Below, piece by piece: positions 56,458 to 64,000 of a DNA stretch of 64,000 nucleotides. The notes beneath the pieces are model-generated. The model made no database searches. It saw nothing but the letters and a program-made list of their open reading frames with translations, and had not been told where the DNA came from. Source of the DNA: Chrysomallon squamiferum (taxonomy: Eukaryota > Animalia > Mollusca). The stretch lies in NCBI GenBank assembly GCA_012295275.1, contig CM022665.1:40362001-40426000 (forward strand), in the 5' to 3' direction. The position numbers and the translations under genes are program-made. The stretch's first letter is position 1; every line of letters starts with the position of its first letter.

Positions 56458-58050
56458 TTTAGTTATGTGTTTACAACAGACAGTTTAAAACACCCAGCAT
56501 ATACAGTCATATACAAACAGACTCGACTCATATAAGAATCGATTTTTTTGTTTTGTTTTCGCGCCTAAAATGATGTCTCGCAGTTAATCAATAATTAGGT
56601 GTGGCCAATGTAGGGGAATTCCCTTTCCACACAATAGCAATACATTTCCAGTAAGAATCTAGTAAGAAAAAGAAAAGAAAAAAAGGTTATTGTGGAAAGA
56701 GAATTAAGAAATAAGGAAACTTTAGTTTTATTAAAGTTACTATAGTAATTATTAAATACTTAAAAAGTATGAAACAGTTTTTTTATGTTATGCATCGCTT
56801 TCTGAAAGCAATATATTTAGATATATATATATATGTATTTGTGGGCTATGGAAAGTTTTAGAAAAGTTATGGAATTTTGACAACCCGATGTGTACGAACC
56901 CAGATTATCACGGTAGTGTATATATAAAGTACTGTAGTGTATATTTAAAGTACTGTAGTATATATATAAAGTACTGTAGTGTATATATAAAGTACTGTAG
57001 TGTATATTTAAAGTACTGTAGTATATATATAAAGTACTGTAGTGTATATATAAAGTACTGTAGTGTATATATAATCTACTGTAGTGTATATATAAAGAAC
57101 TGTAGTGTATATATAAACTACTCTAGTGTATATATAAAGTACTGTAGTGTATATTTAAAGTACTGTAGTGTATATATAAAGTACTGTAGTGTATATATAA
57201 AGTACTGTAGTGTATATATAAAGTACTGTAGTGTATATATAAAGAACTGTAGTGTATATATAAACTACTATAGTGTATATATAAAGTACTGTAGTGTATA
57301 TTTAAAGTACTGTAGTGTATATATAAAGTACAGTAGTATATATATAAAGTACTGTAGTGTATATATAAAGTACTGTAGTGTATATATAAAGAACTGTAGT
57401 GTATATATAAACTACTATAGTGTATATATAAAGTACTGTAGTGTATATTTAAAGTACTGTAGTATATATATAAAGTACTGTAGTGTATATATAAAGTACT
57501 GTAGTGTATATATAAAGTACTGTAGTGTATATATAAAGTACAGTAGTGTATATTTAAAGTACTGTAGTGTATATATAAAGTACAGTAGTATATATATAAA
57601 GTACTGTAGTGTATATATAAAGTACTGTAGTGTATATATAAAGTAATGTAGTGTATATGTAAAGTACAGTAGTATATATATAAAGTACTGTAGTGTATAT
57701 ATAATCTAGTATAGTATATATATAAAGTAATAATAGCAACATAAATGACGATGATGATAATCTGGGTTCGTACACCTCAGGTTGTCAAAATTTCCATAAC
57801 GATTCCAAAACTTTCCATAGCCCACAAATATATATATATATATATAATGCTTTCAGAAAGCGATGCATACTGGAAATGTATCGCTATTGTGTGGAAAGGG
57901 AATTCCCCTACATTGGCCACACCTAATTATAGATTAAATTTTAGGCGCGAAAACAAAACAAAAAATCGATTTTTATATGAGTCGAGTCTGTTTGTATATG
58001 ACTGTATATGCTGGGTGTTTTAAACTGTCTGTTATAAACACATAACTAAA
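56458..58050. repeat. Foldback palindrome, unit 3
   Basis: Same inverted arms as units 1 and 2, with a larger central minisatellite. Confidence 0.88.
56909..57729. repeat. 21-bp minisatellite, ~39 copies
   Basis: Direct reading; source of the YCSVYIK-repeat ORF 56888-57646. Confidence 0.95.
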
Positions 58051-60270
58051 TGTATATTTAAATATATTATAAATAACTAGCTTTATACACCATCAGTTTA
58101 AGTCATTTTAAGTTTCACTTGAGAATCCAGTACTGAATTTAGGTGTGTATATATATATAATAATAAACACTTTTTTTGTTGTTGTCGTTGTTTGTTTGCT
58201 TGAGTTTTTTGTTTGTTTGTTTGTTGTTGTTGTTTTATTGCTGGTTTTTTTGTTTAGTTTTTTGTTGTTAAAAACACATTTTTTAAATTTCTGTAGTAAT
58301 CTTCTTTTTTTTTTTTTTTTTCTTTTTTTTTTTTTATAGACTGGAAAGCATTTCATGATCATTCGAGATCGGGAAATATTCAGTTGGAGCCTTCGTCGTG
58401 AATGGTCATGAAACGAGTCATGCTTTATTTGTTTGTTTGTTTTATTCATTTACTTATTTTTACTTTCATTCTACTTTATTTTTTTTTTTTTTATTTTTAT
58501 TTTTATTTTTTTTTTATTTTTATTTTTATTTTTATTTTTATTTTTATTTTTATTTTTTTATTAAATTTATTTTCAACGTTAAATGTAAGTATTTGTCATA
58601 CACGTACTATACATCTGTGTATGTCGTTATTACTGATACGTGTTTAATGGAAATGGACTGATTAATATAAAGCCTGTCTTGACAACAGATGTGTCATAGC
58701 AATAAATAAGGAGAAATAATTCAGTTTTCATCTTACCTCACTCATGCTTTGCTTTTGGGTGGGGAATTCCCTGATAACAAACAACCAATCGCAGTGATGC
58801 ATATTTTCTGAATGTGCCGTAGTTAAAAAAAAAAGAATTTTTTTTAAAAAAAGCTATCTTCGCGTTTGCTTTTCACTAGAGGTATCATTATTAGCTTTAT
58901 AAGAAATGCGCTTTTATCTTTTCTTTTTTTCTTCTTTTTTTTTCTCTTGTTTTACTGCTTTCTTGGTCATTCGTCAACGGTAATAAAAAGATTTAATTAT
59001 TTAATCTATTTTCTTAGCGTGCAGACACTAGTGTATCCGTTTACACTTATTTTTGATTTTGTTTAATTTTTATTATCAAATTAAACAACTAATCCATCAT
59101 TTTATTTTATTTATTTATTTATTATTTTTTTTAATTCTTTCTGGTTTCATAGTTTATTTTTGAAATAAAAAAAAGTATTCTTCTTCTTATTATTATTATA
59201 ATTAAGCAGCAATTTGAGTATATTCATAGATATACTGAGTGTGAATTTTACGCTTAGTAACGTAAAATGAAAAACAAAGCCAAAGTACACTCTGACTGTA
59301 CCCTTCAGTTACAATTACATTCTGTATCTTCAATACGATATTTGTAAAAATCTATGATATTAATGAACAAAATAAAATAATAAAATAAATGAATCAAATA
59401 CTAAGAAAACAACAAAATATAATTTATTACCGATAACAAAACTTTTTAAAGCAAAACAAAAATAATTACTACTACTACTACAACTACTGACATTTTATTA
59501 TTGCTACTACTACTACTACTACTACTACAACCACTGCTACTACTAAAAGCAACATACAACGGTCACAAACTAAGAAAACAAAAATAGAAAATTTTACTTA
59601 TTTTCGAATCAGTACAAAAACAGAAACGAAAATTGACACCAAAAGTAAAATGACTCAAAAGCTAACAAAGACCGACTTATTATTTCGTTTATAAATTTTA
59701 ACAAATGAAAAAAAAAATAAAAAGAATTTACCTAGCCTTGTTTACGTAGCAGTGCAATCGCAGGTGTAACAAAACATGAGTCATGGGGGGGGGGAGAGAT
59801 GCAACGCCCATCGGCATCAAGACAATAGGTCAGTCCTCCATTAAAGTGACTCATCATTCTAATAATATTAGTTATATCTCTATTTATCTTTTAACTCTTT
59901 AATTTTGTTCTGTTTATTACCGTTTGTAACCTTGAAGCCTTACTATGTATGTACATTGATTTTACAACAATTTAAACCATTTCACATCAGATATATATGT
60001 GAATGATTAACAAATTAAATTAACAACCAAAAATGTTGAGAACGTAGCAGAAGAAGTTTAACAAGTAGTAGCAATAGTAGTGGACGTCCTCCTAAGTTTA
60101 TTTCAGCATAAAGTATGACGAACATATCAGTTTCTTTAAAAATCAAAATTCAAATGTTGTAAATAGTATAAAAGTGGAAAAGATTAATATATATGCATAA
60201 CTCAACGTAATGACTACGTGTAAATGTAAGTCGGCAAAATGACGACTTATCCTAGCGTGTTCTCTGGTAG

Positions 60271-60753
60271 TTATGTGGTTCCTGTCTCTGGAGAATGTCC
60301 TTTAGAATCACTCACTTTAAGCTCTACTCTGATTCTCCACCTTTTCTTAAAACGACCAATCCAGCTACGATTAAGTCTTTCACGATCCGTGTGACCAAGT
60401 ATCTCAGCGAAGACTCGTGCTTCGTGAAGTAGCATTTCACCAGTGATACAACTTTCAGGTCTAGCAGCTATTCGTCGAAACCAGTTAATCAGCGCGGAGT
60501 CGACGTCTTCAAACGTCACGTGCTTGATGCGTTTCATATTGCCTTGTCTTGAATCGGGATGCTCACCCTTCTCGATGAACTCGATCACTTTGGATTTATT
60601 TTTTAAAATGTCATTTAATGTTGTGCGGGGAATATTAAATTTCTCCGCCGTCAGACTCTTTTTCTCGCCAGGATTGGCTTCACAGTATTTAATTATTTCA
60701 TACTTCTCACTGTACGTCTTGTTTATTAGGTGTCTTTTACCGCAAGTCGACAT
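60271..60753 (-). CDS. pogo/Tigger-derived CENP-B-type DNA-binding protein, copy 4 (160 aa)
   Basis: Homologous ATG at 60753 (MSTCGKRHLINK); a GAA>TAA stop removes only the last 8 residues relative to copy 2. Confidence 0.78.
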   Translation of the reverse strand: MSTCGKRHLINKTYSEKYEIIKYCEANPGEKKSLTAEKFNIPRTTLNDILKNKSKVIEFIEKGEHPDSRQGNMKRIKHVTFEDVDSALINWFRRIAARPESCITGEMLLHEARVFAEILGHTDRERLNRSWIGRFKKRWRIRVELKVSDSKGHSPETGTT

Positions 60754-61164
60754 TTTGTACAGTAAGAAAGTAACTGTTGTCAGCGTGGCTTTCCAAAATA
60801 ATAAGTTAATTAAATGTACCCAGTTCATGAGAAAATTAATATCCCACGACCCGATGCAGCAATACGGAACGAGAGACGTGTGGTGTGACATAATCCACCT
60901 GATACACACGTTTCATTACAGCGACCTCACACAAACGGTTTCTGATTTAAACGCTGACTGACGAAAGAAGCGAGCGAACGGCGCAACAAATTTCGCATGA
61001 GCAGACGATTAAGATGTTTTAGAAGGCTGACAGCTTTGTATGAGCCTCAGCGGTAATTTGAACCATGACGTTTAAACAAGATCGCCTTATTAGTGTCTCC
61101 TGATGTTACGGGAATGGAAACGTTTGACAAAAAGAAACGTCCATCGCGCTACGTTTGGAACTGA

Positions 61165-61212
<48 letters not shown>

Positions 61213-61304
61213 CTTTTTCTTCTTCTTCTTTTTTTTTCTTTCATTCTTTTTATTTTATTTGTTTTATTTGTTTTTATTACCTCTAATAGGAAGAAAACGC
61301 ATTG

Positions 61305-61362
<58 letters not shown>

Positions 61363-61717
61363 ACTTTTTATCATTCGTTATCTCTCCCTTATTTTTCCTA
61401 TTATCTCTCTTTTTTCTTTCTCTCGTTCACTCTCTCTAAATGTCTTATTCGCTATATCTCTCTTTATCTTTTTATCTCTCTCTTTCTCTGTCTGTCTGTT
61501 ATATCATTGTTTATCTCTGTTGATGATTGTGATGACGATGTTGCTGTTGTTGTTGTTGTTGTTGTTGTTACTTTATCGTTGTTGTTGAGTAGCTGCTTCT
61601 ACTGTTGTAATTGTTTTTTTATTTATTTATTTAATATTTTGTTTTGTTTTATTTATTTATTTATTTATTTATTTATTTTATTTATTTATTTATTTATTTT
61701 ATTTTATTTATTTTATT

Positions 61718-61768
<51 letters not shown>

Positions 61769-61807
61769 TTATTTGATATTTTTATTGATCGATAAATTTT
61801 CTATGTA

Positions 61808-61838
<31 letters not shown>

Positions 61839-62628
61839 AAATGTTATTTTTTGTTCATTTATTTCATTCATTTATTTACCAATCTATTTACATTTAATTA
61901 TACCTATAACCTTCGCCCAAATGATGCAATAAAGGTCTATAATAATTACTGCGGGAAGTGGAAACTCTGGAAAACCGCACGGAAGTGACAACAGAGCTAT
62001 ATCCAGCTGTGACATGCGCGGAAAAATGGTCCCGCCTAGTAAGTGAAGGACGTTGCAAGCGAGAATCCGACAAGTGTTTTGTGACAAACGCTCATTCCTT
62101 GCATTTCCCAGCTATGACAATGTTATGACAAATTTGTGGGTCTCGGTGAAGGGGAGCTGTCGCGTGAAAATGATTAATAATCACTGACAGTGTGGATGGA
62201 TAGGTGAATGCGCTGACTAATGGAGGAGATTAAAAAAGGTATGAACGAACGAACGAACGAAACAGCAGATAGGATGAATGAAGAAAACGCAGGACTGATG
62301 TATGAAAGAAAGAAAGAAACAAAGAAGGAAGGAAAATAGAACTTAGGAATGAAAGAAAGAAAAAAGAAAGAAGGAAGGAAGGAAGGAAAATAGAACTAAG
62401 GAAAGAAAGAAAGAAATAATAAAGTTAGCGCAAATGAAAGACAGATGAACGAAGGAAAGAAAAAATTAAAGGAAAAGTGGGACGAAAGTATGAGAAAAAG
62501 GAAACAAGGACGAAAGAAAGAAAGAAGGAATGAAATAACAAAGGAAGGGCAAATGAGAAAAACAGGAAAGAAGGATAAATGAATAAAAATAAAAATAAAA
62601 GAAAGATGAAAGGAAAACAGAACAAATA

Positions 62629-62660
<32 letters not shown>

Positions 62661-63051
62661 GAAAGGTGGCATTAACGAACGAAGGAAACAAATTAAAGGA
62701 AGTTGTGATGAGCTGATGAAAAAAAACCACACACAAAAAAAAGAAAAATAGTTGTATGCTCAAGCGACATCGGTGTTATCAAAACGAGTAATCAGTACGG
62801 AAAAGAAACATTTAAGACTACAAAGGGCCGCACCCCAGTCCTCGAGATAATTTATTCTTGAAGAAAAAAAAAAAAAATTAAAAAAAAAAAGTCGGGATTA
62901 AATAACCTAGCGTGACAGTGAAATGTAATCAAGTTACAAATGAAAAAGGGTTGAGATAAAATTTATACAATGCATACATATAATATTTATTTCATCGCAA
63001 TGCGGTTTTTACTGCCTTTTTCCACCGCCTATTTTGTAACATAATTAATTG

Positions 63052-63111
<60 letters not shown>

Positions 63112-63644
63112 ATTATAAATTATTAAAAAAAATAATTATATATATATATATATATTAAAAATAATTTTTTTTTTTTTTTTTTTTTAACCAACAGATGCCA
63201 GCAGAGCAGAATCAAAATCTAAATATAAAAAATAATGTAATAGCACTCTCGTCTGCAAAACAGTTTGCACTTTTCGAACCTTCGACAATAATACAACTCC
63301 ACGTGTTCATTAAAGCATGATTGAATATTAATTGTAGGTAAGAGATCAAGATAAGTTGTTTTAATGATCTGCTCGCTGACTAGAATAACGGCAAACCGAC
63401 GGGCTCCGGGGTTTCGACATCTGTTACGCACGGAAGAAAAAACAAAATGTAAATAATCACAGACGGAGTGTCACCTGTACGAAGGTAATTGTTAGGACAC
63501 AGGTAAGCTGCAATCACTTACAACAGGTAAATAAGAACACATTCCCCCGGGAATCAATAACTGGGAAGCGTACTATGGGTTCACTGGGGACAAGATTTTT
63601 GCATATGTTTACAAACATTTACAGCGATACCCAAATACACACTT

Positions 63645-63890
63645 TATTATTATTATTACTAACATTATTAGCATTATTATTATTAACATTATTATTATTA
63701 TTACGATTATTATTATTATTAATATTATTATTAACATTATTATTATTATTATTATTAACATTATTAGCATTATTATTATTATTATTACGATTATTATTAT
63801 TATTATTATTAATATTATTATTATCATTATTATTATTATTATTATTAACATTATTGTTATTAACATTATTATTATTATTATTATTATTAA

Positions 63891-63946
<56 letters not shown>

Positions 63947-63955
63947 TTATTTAGT
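63645..63955. repeat. Degenerate (TTA)n tract
   Basis: Direct reading. Confidence 0.9.
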
Positions 63956-64000
63956 ATAATGATACTTTTAAACTGTTTCCTGCAACGACGAAAACTAAGT

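Noticed and set aside
56888-57646. 252-aa YCSVYIK heptad-repeat protein (also 43722 and 50147)
   Set aside because: Translation of a 21-bp minisatellite; in-frame stops occur in some repeat variants, with no signal peptide or splice support.
60754-60909. 52-aa N-terminal extension of HTH copy 4
   Set aside because: Non-ATG start created across a deletion junction; the homologous ATG with CAAAATG context is at 60753.
61940-63600. Possible promoter (GGAAGT motifs near 61955-61990) and splice donors near 63480-63530
   Set aside because: No ORF or acceptor-donor pair could be established within the window.

Overview
This is AT-rich, microsatellite-saturated eukaryotic DNA with GT-AG introns, most likely from an invertebrate animal (inference); almost all ORFs in the supplied track are simple-repeat artefacts. 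There are two tandem + strand bZIP genes of the ATF3/JDP2/Fos family, each with three coding exons (17527-19116, about 182 aa; 29352-32243, about 382 aa). A ~24 kb tandem array (about 37400-61450, period ~6.5 kb) carries four minus-strand intronless ORFs that encode only the two N-terminal HTH DNA-binding domains of a pogo/Tigger (CENP-B-like) transposase, in an A-B-A-B paralog pattern. The three spacers between those ORFs each hold a 1.1-1.6 kb foldback palindrome around a 21-bp minisatellite and several perfect NF-kB-type palindromes (GGGAATTCCC); each ORF also has clustered AP-1 sites downstream. Three DNA transposon insertions have clear TIRs and TSDs: a hAT MITE, a Tc1/mariner deletion derivative, and a Buster/Charlie element inserted at the stop codon of the first HTH gene. 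The best candidate for an undescribed system is a stress- or immune-inducible cluster of ATF3-like genes plus amplified, catalytically dead transposase-derived DNA-binding genes. That functional reading is inference; the sequence structures themselves were read by eye.
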